This document shows positions 8,355 through 17,751 of a stretch of DNA of 37,677 bases, in pieces. A program made the translations under genes and the position numbers. Below the pieces are notes generated by a model, which made no database searches, was not told the DNA's origin, and was given only the letters and a program-made list of their open reading frames with translations. The number at the start of each line of letters is the position of its first letter. The stretch's first letter is position 1. The stretch is from a virus. Location: UHGV virus genome UHGV-0146994. One strand, written 5' to 3'.

Positions 8355-8430
8355 ATTATACGTGCGTAACGTAACATTGTCAACAGTTTTTATGATTTTT
8401 GTTGCGCCACGCAATTTTTTATGCTATGAT
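8355..8430. promoter_or_regulatory. lysis/lysogeny switch: divergent promoters and operator-like palindromes
   Basis: Minus strand TTGACA(8383-8378)-17 bp-TATAAT(8360-8355); plus strand TTGCGC(8402)-17 bp-TATGAT(8425); palindrome TTGCG-N3-CGCAA at 8402-8414 and a similar TGCG-TAA-CGTAA at 8363-8374. Confidence 0.75.
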
Positions 8431-8452
8431 ACCGATAAAAGGAGGTGGTAAT

Positions 8453-8800
8453 ATGAATGACAGGCTTAAGGAACTGCGAGCGGTTCTTAATTTAAGTATG
8501 GAAAAATTCGGTTCACGTATAGGTGTCACACGTTCAGCAATAAGCAGACTTGAATCTGGTAATATAAATTTTACAGAACAAATGGTACTTTCTATTTGCA
8601 GGGAATTTCGTGTGAATTACTTCTGGCTTACAGAAGGTAAGGGTGAAATGTTTACGGGAACCCCAGAGACTGTTATTGATGAACTTGCAGAAGAATATAA
8701 TCTTGATAATTTAGATCGGAAAATTATTGAAAAATATCTTAGTCTGAATGAAGATAACCGTAGGGTTATAAAGGATTATCTTAAAAGCGTCTTTACATAA
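8453..8800 (+). CDS. CI-like XRE-family repressor (no S24 peptidase domain)
   Basis: RLKELR...LSMEKFG..IGVTRSAISRLESG HTH; WLTEGKGEMF; AGGAGG RBS before ATG 8453. Confidence 0.9.
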   Translation: MNDRLKELRAVLNLSMEKFGSRIGVTRSAISRLESGNINFTEQMVLSICREFRVNYFWLTEGKGEMFTGTPETVIDELAEEYNLDNLDRKIIEKYLSLNEDNRRVIKDYLKSVFT

Positions 8801-8801
8801 A

Positions 8802-8830
8802 AACAGAACGGGTTAGTTTCCCGTTCTGTT
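8802..8830. terminator. terminator hairpin after repressor
   Basis: AACAGAACGGG...CCCGTTCTGTT stem. Confidence 0.65.
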
Positions 8831-8935
8831 AATGAAAATATGATGGACATAATCAAATATCCTTTTTAAATCCTTTTCTGAGGTGATTTTCTCCAGCATC
8901 CGGATAATAAGTTGTTTGTATTCCTGCTCCGTCAT
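8813..8935 (-). CDS. 40-aa protein with upstream LexA-box-like sites (candidate antirepressor)
   Basis: MTEQEYKQLIIRMLEKITSEKDLKRIFDYVHHIFINRTGN; GGGAGG RBS; SOS-box-like sites at 8957-8970 and 9025-9038. Confidence 0.55.
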   Translation of the reverse strand: MTEQEYKQLIIRMLEKITSEKDLKRIFDYVHHIFINRTGN

Positions 8936-9350
8936 ATGTAGCCCTCCCGTTCCATCCGTACATTTGTTCGATTTAAGTGGGTGATATAATCATAACTCTT
9001 TCTCTCCTTTCTTTCAAGGATAATCGAACAAATGTTTACTTTTAGTAAATTATTCTCAACGGATAATTTGTATACAATATAATTATAGTATATTTTCAAC
9101 AATTGTGTCTGGTAAAATTTGGCATCAATACTTCTTAATGATTTTTTATAAACTAATTTAAGTATTATTTATATACTTTCCACAACATATTGGTAGTTTA
9201 TGGCTTTTTTTGTCCTCGAATGGTACGTTTTTGACCTTTAGCGGAACTAACAATTTTTAAACTTTGTTACTTTTGCCAACAAGATGCGGTTAAAATAGCC
9301 TGAAGGCATTTTAATAAAATTATATTCGAATGAGGAAGGAGATTTACACT

Positions 9351-10364
9351 ATGGCACTTATTAAATGTCCCGACTGCGGGAAGGAATTTTCAGATCAGGC
9401 AACACGCTGTCCTAATTGTGGCAGGCCTAATTCCATGAACCAGCAGCAACCAAAAACCAGCCCAATCGGAGTTTCCAATTCACCAACTAATGGATACCGC
9501 CCCAATACGGTGACATCCCAATCTGTAAAAAAGGAATCCGGTTTAGGAATCGCTGCACTTGTATTTTCAATCCTTGGCTGTACTTTTATCATAGGAGCCA
9601 TCCTTGCAATCATCGATTTATGCAAAAAGGATGATAATAAAAAGCATACATTATCTAAGGTTGCTTTGATCGTAGCTGGAATATGGTTAATTATTGGGAT
9701 TATCGGCGCTGCAAGTGGCAACGGGAAAGACCCTGAAACAGCAACAAACTCTGCTGCAGTGATAGAATCAGACACTAATGATGTTCTTGAGAAAACGGAA
9801 GAAACAGAACAAAAGGAAATTAAAGAAACGACTTCAGAAGCCAGTGATAATGAATCTTCCATTGAAGCAACTTCAGAAGCTATCAATAAGGAGCCTTCCG
9901 AAGACAATATTCCCACAGAATATAAATCCGCTTTAAATAAAGCTTATACATATAGTCAGACAATGTCTATGTCAAAAGCTGGGATTTATGATCAACTCAC
10001 CTCTGAGTATGGTGAAAAATTTTCTGCCGAAGCAGCACAATATGCAATTGATAATATGGAAGTAGACTGGAAAGCAAACGCATTGGAAAAAGCGAAAACT
10101 TACAGTGATACGATGTATATGTCAAAATTGGGAGTATATAACCAGCTCATTTCTGAATATGGTGAAAAATTCACTGAAGAGGAAGCTCAATATGCTGTAG
10201 ACAATGTCGAAGCAGATTGGAAGAAAAATGCACTTGAAAAGGCAAAAACCTATCAGCAATCAATGGATATGTCTCCCGAAGCAATTCGTGACCAGCTCGT
10301 TTCTGATTATGGAGAACAGTTTACCAAAGAAGAAGCTGACTATGCAATAGAACATCTTGAATAA
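9351..10364 (+). CDS. Ltp-family surface protein (superinfection exclusion-like) with N-terminal zinc ribbon and TM helices
   Basis: CPDC..CPNC; two hydrophobic helices; three repeats of AL.KA.TY...M.MS...YDQL.SEYGEKF..E.AQYA. Confidence 0.85.
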   Translation: MALIKCPDCGKEFSDQATRCPNCGRPNSMNQQQPKTSPIGVSNSPTNGYRPNTVTSQSVKKESGLGIAALVFSILGCTFIIGAILAIIDLCKKDDNKKHTLSKVALIVAGIWLIIGIIGAASGNGKDPETATNSAAVIESDTNDVLEKTEETEQKEIKETTSEASDNESSIEATSEAINKEPSEDNIPTEYKSALNKAYTYSQTMSMSKAGIYDQLTSEYGEKFSAEAAQYAIDNMEVDWKANALEKAKTYSDTMYMSKLGVYNQLISEYGEKFTEEEAQYAVDNVEADWKKNALEKAKTYQQSMDMSPEAIRDQLVSDYGEQFTKEEADYAIEHLE

Positions 10365-10391
10365 TATATTATTGTATTCCAGAAAATTATC

Positions 10392-10416
10392 CCCGCCCCG
10401 GTGTCAACCGGGGCGG
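10392..10416 (+). terminator. GC-rich hairpin between ltp and integrase
   Basis: CCGCCCCGG...CCGGGGCGG stem. Confidence 0.5.
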
Positions 10417-10477
10417 AGTTATAACTGTGCCAGACATTTTTATCCATGAGGATTAATATTATACTATAGGTGATAAT

Positions 10478-11854
10478 ATGAAAGATAAGATAATACGCTG
10501 TGCAATCTATGACCGCGTCTCGACAGAGGGTCAGGTGAAAGATGGGCTATCCCTTGATGCCCAGGAGGAGGCCCTTACTGAGTATGCTTTGTCACATCAT
10601 TATAAAATAGTAGATTATTACGCGGATGAGGGGATTACTGCCAGGAAGAAGATGCAGAATCGGAAAGACCTAATCCGGCTGCTGAATGATGTCAAGGCAG
10701 ATAAGATAGACCTCATTCTTGTAACCAAGCTGGACCGCTGGTTCCGAAATATAAAAGATTACCATAACACGCAGGCGATTCTTGAGGCGCATAATTGTAA
10801 CTGGAAAACCATTTTTGAGGAATATGATACATCCACTTCCAATGGCCGATTTGCAATCAATATTATGCTTTCCGTCAACGAAAACGAATGTGACCGGGAT
10901 TCGGACCGTATAAAAAATGTTTTCGAGTACAAGAAAAAACAAAGAGAACATTTGAACGGGAAGCCGGCTTATGGATATATTTCGGTTAATAAAAAGCTTG
11001 TCAAGGATCCTGAAACAAAGTATATAGTTGAGGATACCATTGAGCATTATTTTAGCTGCTATTCAAAAAAAGCAACCGTAAAATATATTCTTAGTAAATA
11101 TGCAAATGAGCAGAATCCGCCAACAATGTATCAGATTAACCGCATTCTGACCTGTGAGACATACACTGGCCGGAAATACGGTATTGATAATTACTGCGAG
11201 GCTTACATAACCCAGGAGCAGTACAAAAAAATAGTTTCCACGTCTGATGCTAAAATCATTCCGCATCAGACAAAACCATTCCTTTTCTCTTCCATGATTA
11301 AGTGTCCGATTTGCGGAAAAAATATGTCTGGTTTTGTGAAGCGCCAGAAATTAAAAAATGGGAATGTCAGCGAGTACAAAAGATATCGCTGCGGAGCAAA
11401 GTTTACAGCATATCACAATGGGGCCTGCATATCAGAGTCAGTTATAGAAGCATATCTGCTGGATAATGTGATGGGCGAACTTAATCTGGAGCTACTGCAG
11501 ATAAAAACAAAGGAACAGGAAGAAAAACAAAAGAAACCTGCTTCCAATCCTGTGAAAATAATGAATGAGATAAACCGGCTGAATCTGATGTATCAGAAAG
11601 GCCGCATAGACGATGAATATTATGACAAACAGTATGCTATACTGAATGAGAAACTCTCTGCCGCCCAACAGCCGCAGGAGCACAGAACCATAGAAAACTA
11701 TACATCTATCATGGAAACATTAAATGATGGCTGGTATGAAATGTATAAAAAGCTTGATATTACCCATAAAAAAGCCTTTTGGAAGGGCATAATAAAGGAA
11801 ATCTATATTGACAAGGAAAGCCGCCAAATATGCGGTTTTAAATTTCTGCTCTAG
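10478..11854 (+). CDS. large serine recombinase (phage integrase)
   Basis: YDRVSTEGQ catalytic Ser, KLDRWFRN, recombinase domain, CPIC...YRC zinc ribbon, coiled coil. Confidence 0.95.
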   Translation: MKDKIIRCAIYDRVSTEGQVKDGLSLDAQEEALTEYALSHHYKIVDYYADEGITARKKMQNRKDLIRLLNDVKADKIDLILVTKLDRWFRNIKDYHNTQAILEAHNCNWKTIFEEYDTSTSNGRFAINIMLSVNENECDRDSDRIKNVFEYKKKQREHLNGKPAYGYISVNKKLVKDPETKYIVEDTIEHYFSCYSKKATVKYILSKYANEQNPPTMYQINRILTCETYTGRKYGIDNYCEAYITQEQYKKIVSTSDAKIIPHQTKPFLFSSMIKCPICGKNMSGFVKRQKLKNGNVSEYKRYRCGAKFTAYHNGACISESVIEAYLLDNVMGELNLELLQIKTKEQEEKQKKPASNPVKIMNEINRLNLMYQKGRIDDEYYDKQYAILNEKLSAAQQPQEHRTIENYTSIMETLNDGWYEMYKKLDITHKKAFWKGIIKEIYIDKESRQICGFKFLL

Positions 11855-11902
11855 GGTGTAGTAACATATATTACACTGTTGAGTAATAATTTTTACTACA
11901 CC
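11855..11902. other. attP-like site for the serine integrase
   Basis: 48-bp imperfect palindrome GGTGTAGTAA..TATTAC..GT..GTAATA..TTACTACACC, symmetric about 11878-11879, starting right after the integrase stop. Confidence 0.75.
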
Positions 11903-11935
11903 TCATAGTGTAATTGCTTATGCTTCTCTCCTTGT

Positions 11936-12265
11936 ATAAATAGCGATTTAGGTGGGTATGAGTTTGATACGATAAACGGAGTCCCCAGTTATAAGGCAGG
12001 TGCAGATGCAGCATGGGTCCCATTTAAGCGGGAGCCAATAATTGAAAAAGCTTCCTTTTCGTGGGCCTATTCACCTTCCCAGACATTTCCTGCAAAGGAA
12101 GGATATAAAATCGTGGGGTTGTATGCAGATATTACAGGCATTAACTCACAAAATGCTGTGAACATAAATTTTGGCATAAGCAAAAACTTAGCAGCTGGTA
12201 GGATATCAATATCAGGGCAGACCTATGTAAATATAATGGGAGCGTTTTATTGTATTTACGCTTGA
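11936..12265 (+). other. silent tail-fibre C-terminal cassette D
   Basis: Open frame INSDLGGYEFDTINGVPSYKAGADAAWVPFK...FYCIYA* starting at site TAAATAGCGATTTA (11937-11950); no own start or RBS. Confidence 0.8.
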
Positions 12266-12276
12266 TAAAGCGGCCT

Positions 12277-12660
12277 TTATGGAATTAACTCAATCCGTAA
12301 CATGATATTAGGATTAACCGTATCTCCTTTGTAAAGTACCTGTAATTTATCAGATGCCAAAGAACTTACATCATAAGTGCCATCCGCTGTTATTAATTGA
12401 GTGCCGCATGTAACCTGATAACCATAAGGCCCCAAATTTGTAATTCTAATTTTTGAATAATTGGAATAATCAAAATTATTAAGCACAAATGTGGAGTAAC
12501 GAGTTACGTTGATACCAGAAAATGCCGCAGATGCTGTGCCATCCATCAGCACCAGTGTATTGCTAAAAGGGAGCCATGCATCAGCACCTTTTTGCCGATA
12601 TACGCCTTTCCCGCCCTGAAGGTCAAACTCAATTTGTCCGTTGGCTAAATCGTGATTTAA
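12277..12660 (-). other. silent tail-fibre C-terminal cassette C
   Basis: LNHDLANGQIEFDLQGGKGVYRQKGADAWLPF...LRIELIP* from site TAAATCACGATTTA (12646-12659); paralog of cassette B. Confidence 0.85.
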
Positions 12661-12782
12661 AGAGGCCTGCAGGTATTCACCACAGGCCCCAATAATTTTT
12701 TATAATCTTTAACTTTTTTCTTACTTATGTTACAATCTTTGTGTCGGGGAGCGGTGGCAAGCCCGCCCTCCCTTGTTTTCCC

Positions 12783-12989
12783 TTAGCCTATTCTTTTTTC
12801 CAGTGCTTCTGTTTTCTTAATCATGATTTCATGAATCCGTTCTACTTCATCAAGAATCATATCATCCATTGCTTTAAGTTCTGCAGTGCTTTTTGCCTGT
12901 TGCCTTTTTAAATTTTTAACTTCTGTTTCTAAATCTACCATTTTTTCAAGGATTAAGTCTAATTTTTGGCTGTCCGTCATATTTTCCAT
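12783..12989 (-). CDS. small coiled-coil hypothetical protein
   Basis: Heptad-rich ORF; promoter TTGATA(13065-13060)-17 bp-TATAAT(13042-13037). Confidence 0.7.
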   Translation of the reverse strand: MENMTDSQKLDLILEKMVDLETEVKNLKRQQAKSTAELKAMDDMILDEVERIHEIMIKKTEALEKRIG

Positions 12990-13043
12990 TTATATATCCC
13001 TTTCTTGTTAGGTTGCTTGCCTCTCTAACTATCTTTATTATAC

Positions 13044-13427
13044 TATATAGCATGTTATATATCAATGGCAAATCTATACAAATATATAACTTGTTATATA
13101 TCTAATTTTACTCTAACCCATCACTTGCAATTTTTTCATCCATACTTTGTAATATGAATGAGCGTAAAGACATTCCTGCCCTTTCGGCTGCTTTATTATA
13201 TCTGTCTTTTTCTTCTTTTTTTATTCTAATAGTAATTGGAGCCAATGTTTTAAGATATTCCTTTGTCGCTCTAGCCTGAGCATCGGTATAGTTTTTTCCC
13301 ACTTCTTCACCTTCCTTCCTATTTTATAAATATAACACACATTAATTATAACATGCTATATATAATATTAACATATAACATGTTATATATTTGTTAAATT
13401 TCTCATTGATATATAGCACGCTATATA
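13044..13427. repeat. five palindromic operator-like sites TATA(A/G)CATG(T/C)TATA
   Basis: Copies at 13044-13061, 13083-13100, 13347-13362, 13373-13388, 13410-13427; two lie in promoter spacers. Confidence 0.8.
13108..13302 (-). CDS. ribbon-helix-helix (Arc/antitoxin-like) regulator
   Basis: ITIRIKKEEKDRYNKAAERAGMSLRSFI beta-alpha-alpha pattern. Confidence 0.75.
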   Translation of the reverse strand: MGKNYTDAQARATKEYLKTLAPITIRIKKEEKDRYNKAAERAGMSLRSFILQSMDEKIASDGLE

Positions 13428-13551
13428 CTATAATAATATTATCAAGAACAGGAACACAAAATAAAAGCCGCCGACACTCCTACCACAGACCGCCGACGGC
13501 ACCAATCAAAGAAAGGCAGCTCCATTATATCAGGAGCGAAGGGTAAACACA

Positions 13552-13845
13552 ATGAAAAAAATCAGTAAAAAAGCTCTTATGTCCACAATCAAAAAAGAGT
13601 ATAAAAAAGCGCATGAATTTTGCAAGGCCGGCCGTGGCCGGAGCTATGCCATAATGCTCGATACAGATGATGCGCAGATATGGTCAGACGTATTTTGGAA
13701 CAAGGGAGACTACAAGAATTATCATTCTGCTACAATAGTGCGTCTGGACTACGAAGCGCGCCTACAGTGGTATACCACGCCTTATATTGTAGAGGCCTAT
13801 TTTGTGACGCCACAGAAAAGCTGCAAAAGGCTGGATGGACTCTAA
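13552..13845 (+). CDS. hypothetical protein (3' end possibly frameshifted)
   Basis: Promoter TTGATA(13406)-17 bp-TATAAT(13429); an alternative frame after the T-run near 13800 gives DATEKLQKAGWTLID*. Confidence 0.6.
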   Translation: MKKISKKALMSTIKKEYKKAHEFCKAGRGRSYAIMLDTDDAQIWSDVFWNKGDYKNYHSATIVRLDYEARLQWYTTPYIVEAYFVTPQKSCKRLDGL

Positions 13846-13920
13846 TAGATTAATTCCAATTCAATCTGGCCGGCAGAAAAATTTCAGATGATAAAATAGA
13901 TTAAAGAAAGAAGAGTGTAT

Positions 13921-14824
13921 ATGGGACTTACTTATTCTGAATTATTACAAGAATGGTTTAATCATCATACTGTAGAGATCGAAGAATCAACTGCTTATAA
14001 CTACAAAAAATCTCTTCCCTATGTTGCAGAAGTACTGGGACAATATGATATTGAAAAAAATAACAGAGCATATGATATATGACTATGTATTAATCCTGCT
14101 GCATAGTAGCTTGGCTTATTCATCGACTCGTGTATACTGTAAGGTCATAAAATTAAGCCTACGGTATGCATTAAGACGTGGTTATATCCGATACAATCCC
14201 GCAGAATGCGTCAAAATGCCGAAGCGAACTCAGGCGGAAATCCAAGTCTATACATGGCAGGAAATATCCCATCTTATAACCACAGATGGTCCTGACTGGG
14301 TAAAAAATGGTATAATCATTGCTTTCCGAACTGGTATGAGACCCAGCGAGATCTACGCATTAAAATGGACAGATATTAATCTGTCAAAAAATTACATATC
14401 TATTCAACGCGCAATATCTCGATCCGGATCCAAGACAAAACTTACTAAAACGCCTGCGGGAAGAAGGCGTGTTGATATAGATAGCCTTCTAGCACAGCAC
14501 CTTATGGAAATGAAAAAGCACAAACAATTATATCAAAAATATGTTTTCCCCTCCCCACCACATGGCCGCCGTAATTATCGTATTCCATGGAATGTGTCAA
14601 AAATTCTCCACGGAATGTGTGACAAAGCAGGAATTGAATATCGAAATTTTTATTCACTTCGACATTCTCATGCAACCCTACTTCTTGAGATGGACATACA
14701 TCCCAAAATTGTTCAGGAAAGAATGGGACATAGTGATATTAAAATAACTATGGATACATATAGCCATGTTACTCCTACGATACAGCAAAAGGCTGTATCC
14801 GCAATGGAAACAATTCCTATGTAA
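13921..14824 (+). pseudogene. tyrosine recombinase/integrase with +1 frameshift in an A7 tract
   Basis: N-terminal frame MGLTYSELLQEWF...LGQYDIEK joins ITEHMIYDYV only if one A of 14054-14060 is removed; TGMRPSE, YSLRHSHA, GHS and DTYSH catalytic motifs. Confidence 0.8.
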
Positions 14825-14851
14825 AAGAGGGGGATCTCCCCCTCTTTTTTT
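14824..14851. terminator. bidirectional intrinsic terminator
   Basis: AAAAGAGGGGG-ATCT-CCCCCTCTTTTTTT between convergent genes. Confidence 0.85.
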
Positions 14852-14864
14852 TGCGGCAAACACA

Positions 14865-16073
14865 TCACTCCAGTACCATCACCCGTCTGAGCACCGTCTG
14901 CATCCCGTGCTGAGCCAACAACTGCCCAAAGTTGGATGCATCCGTCCAGGTATAAGACAGGCCGGCTATATTGGCCCACAAGCTACCATCCGGCGCGTGG
15001 GATGCAGAACCATCAAACCGGATAAGGTTCCAGCGTTCAACTACCGAACAAAGCTTGCTTACATAATCCTTTGAAGTTGCATAGTCGCCGGCCTTTATAA
15101 TCTCAAACGCCCGTCGATAATCCCTGCAGCCGACTACACCGGCATACCGCAGGTTGCTTCCTGCCCTGGCCCCGGCCAGATATGAAGAGTGATCAGCCAG
15201 ATAAGCGGCCACTGATGGATATGCCCGGAAAGCCGCCGTTATAGTGTAATAGCTGCCGTCCTCCCGTTGCTCTGCCGTATCCTTGATGTAGACACGGCCG
15301 TCCCATGCAGAGGCCCAGGTATTTCCAGACAGTTCCGCTTTCATCCCGCCCAAGTTTAGGGCATTCAGCGCCAGCTCTGATTTTCCATATCCAGACTCAA
15401 GAATAGACTGCGCCGCTGTGACGCTTGCCAAGATACCAGATACCTGCATATCTGCTGCCGCAAGTCTCCCGATATACTCCACAAATTCCTCCCGGCTCAT
15501 TGCCGCCAGCCGTGCAGCATCTGCCGTGGTTTCCGCAGCCTGTCCGGTTATGCCGGCCACAATAGCCGCTGCCATCCGGTCGGCATTGTACAATGCCACA
15601 TCCTCCGGGTCATCCACAAAACAGCACTCTACCAACAGGGCTGGCGCTCTGGTATGTTTGAGCACATATAATCCCGGCCGCTCCTTGACTCCGCGGTTAC
15701 TGTATCCCAGCGCCGCTATGCTGTCCACAATCTGCTGTGCCCAGGGCACTGCCTTGGATGTCTTGCTATACAACAGGACTTCCGTTCCTGTTGTCTGCCC
15801 ATCCGGTACTGGAGACGCAGCGGCGTTGAAATGGATAGATACATCCAAATCCACCTCATGGCTATTACAGGCCGCCACAATACGCTTGAGTACATCCTCC
15901 TTGCTCGTGCCGTTGTTGCAGGTGCAGTCATGCACTGTATGGCCCATAGCCGTTAGTTGTGCCACTACCCTATCCTTAACCGCTCTTGCCTCCGTTGACT
16001 CCCGGATAAGCCCCACAGCGCCACAGGCGGTCATTCCGTCCGGGTTATGTCCAGCATGTATGTTTATTTTCAT
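14865..16073 (-). CDS. endolysin: Amidase_3 plus glucosaminidase (GH73-like) domain
   Basis: HAGH..E, SIHFNA, LVECCFVD amidase motifs; AQSILESGYG and YAT...Y GH73 motifs. Confidence 0.92.
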   Translation of the reverse strand: MKINIHAGHNPDGMTACGAVGLIRESTEARAVKDRVVAQLTAMGHTVHDCTCNNGTSKEDVLKRIVAACNSHEVDLDVSIHFNAAASPVPDGQTTGTEVLLYSKTSKAVPWAQQIVDSIAALGYSNRGVKERPGLYVLKHTRAPALLVECCFVDDPEDVALYNADRMAAAIVAGITGQAAETTADAARLAAMSREEFVEYIGRLAAADMQVSGILASVTAAQSILESGYGKSELALNALNLGGMKAELSGNTWASAWDGRVYIKDTAEQREDGSYYTITAAFRAYPSVAAYLADHSSYLAGARAGSNLRYAGVVGCRDYRRAFEIIKAGDYATSKDYVSKLCSVVERWNLIRFDGSASHAPDGSLWANIAGLSYTWTDASNFGQLLAQHGMQTVLRRVMVLE

Positions 16074-16100
16074 AGATTGGCCTCCTTAAAGGGAAGGAGA

Positions 16101-16535
16101 TTACTCCCCTTCCACCTTCTCCGCTTTCTGTGTAAGAATCTCTATTGCCTTTTTAATTACAGATGGAAGAGGAATCCCCATCAATCCAGCATTTTCTACG
16201 ATTGATATCAGTTCATTGGCTATAAATCCAATAATGACAGCATTGCGGATATAATCTACCCCTATCGCCAGATCTAACCGATGCGCGACCAAAACAAACA
16301 GCAGCGTCATGCCTTTCCGGCAAAGCCCCTTCCATCCGGCGCGGCTCTCTAAAGCGCCGTTCTTACTCTTCGGACTCTCCTTAAATACCCCCGCTACAAC
16401 AAGACCTGCAATATAATCAATTGACATAAAAATAACCAGTGTAATCAAAGCGCTGTCCCATCCTCCAAGTAAGTATGCAATTCCACTTCCAACAACTCCC
16501 GCAGCCGTACAGGTTATTTCTTTAATTCCTTTCAT
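16101..16535 (-). CDS. holin (phage holin 4 / toxin-secretion family)
   Basis: LLGGWD..L..L...M.IDY..G, GWKGL.RK, NELISIVENAG; AGGAGG RBS before MKGIK. Confidence 0.9.
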   Translation of the reverse strand: MKGIKEITCTAAGVVGSGIAYLLGGWDSALITLVIFMSIDYIAGLVVAGVFKESPKSKNGALESRAGWKGLCRKGMTLLFVLVAHRLDLAIGVDYIRNAVIIGFIANELISIVENAGLMGIPLPSVIKKAIEILTQKAEKVEGE

Positions 16536-16545
16536 TTGATACCTC

Positions 16546-16983
16546 CTATATGAATGTGTAATGTGGCCTTTCCCTCTGCTGAAGGTTGGGAAAGAATTTA
16601 TGGAAACATCTATAAAAAAGATACCGGATCCAGTCATCCAGAATTATCCCGGCGGCCGAAATCGGTATCCATAATAAAAAGTAGTACAAGCATATCTGGC
16701 CCAGCAAATTAAAAGGCTGGTCGGAGTAGTCCCAAACCTGCCAGCCAAGCAATAAATTAACGATACAGCCCACAATAAATTCCAGGGCCGTTATTATGCA
16801 GGCACTTATGACGGCCTGCCGCAACAGCGGCATATCCCAAGGGAGGAAATGCTCATTGAGCAAGCCCATGATTACGAAACATCCCCCACCCAAATAAAAC
16901 ATGGTCCAGTGTGTCCAGCCGCGCCAAAATATCTCTATCCAGGTGTACAGCCTTCCTCCTATTAAAAAAAGTAGCACTTCCAT
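16546..16983 (-). CDS. membrane protein (CmpB/TMEM229-like)
   Basis: IEIFWRGWTHWTM, EFIVG, WDYS..PFNLLGQICL. Confidence 0.75.
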   Translation of the reverse strand: MEVLLFLIGGRLYTWIEIFWRGWTHWTMFYLGGGCFVIMGLLNEHFLPWDMPLLRQAVISACIITALEFIVGCIVNLLLGWQVWDYSDQPFNLLGQICLYYFLLWIPISAAGIILDDWIRYLFYRCFHKFFPNLQQRERPHYTFI

Positions 16984-16984
16984 A

Positions 16985-17695
16985 TTATTCCCCCGCCTGC
17001 GCTGCAATCATAACCTTTAACGGCTCACTCTGATACGCCTCTGGCAGCTCCATGCCGTAGGTAACTACTTCCACATCCTCCTTACTTTCCAGGCTACGGA
17101 TATATATTCGCAGATCCCGGAAGTATGTAACATGCCAGGTTACCCAGGCCATAGCCGCTGTTACAATCAGCTGCATGTCCGTATTGCTATAAAACTTGCA
17201 GTGTTCCATCTCATCCGATGTATGCCAGGGGATTGCCTCCTCCCCTGCAGCCACCTGGCTCTGAAGCCCTACAAGGCTTGTCTGATCATGCTCAGTCAAT
17301 GTGAAATGTTCCACTATGCCGTCCGTCAGTGCAACATTAACACCACTCTGGATCATGGCCTGTTGCACCGCATTCATTTCCTGAACTTTCGCCTCACGTA
17401 CCTCTTCCAGCGTAGGCACATAAGGCTCCGGCTCTGGAATCGGTTCAGGTGGCACATATATTTCTCCGTTATCTGATAGCTCAAACTCAGTTTCACTAAT
17501 GCGCTTATACAGTGTGACAAATGTGTCATACCTTCCCGGAGGCGTATCTGTTTCTTCGGGAAAAAGATAAAAATAAAATCCAGTGACTTCATCATCCGTC
17601 ACTGGGTTCTCTGTTTTTATGTTTACAATATGTTCCCTCGGCTTTACAATTGCTGGGATATAATCTTCTGAATTTATGAATTTTATATAACCCAT
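16985..17695 (-). CDS. tail fibre-associated protein (DUF4376-like, possible assembly chaperone)
   Basis: PEPIPEPEP linker then TLEEVREAK; located after the fibre genes. Confidence 0.55.
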   Translation of the reverse strand: MGYIKFINSEDYIPAIVKPREHIVNIKTENPVTDDEVTGFYFYLFPEETDTPPGRYDTFVTLYKRISETEFELSDNGEIYVPPEPIPEPEPYVPTLEEVREAKVQEMNAVQQAMIQSGVNVALTDGIVEHFTLTEHDQTSLVGLQSQVAAGEEAIPWHTSDEMEHCKFYSNTDMQLIVTAAMAWVTWHVTYFRDLRIYIRSLESKEDVEVVTYGMELPEAYQSEPLKVMIAAQAGE

Positions 17696-17751
17696 AAATT
17701 TCTCCTTTCTTTCTACGATATTTTGTTAATAGTTAATTTGATTTACTTCAG

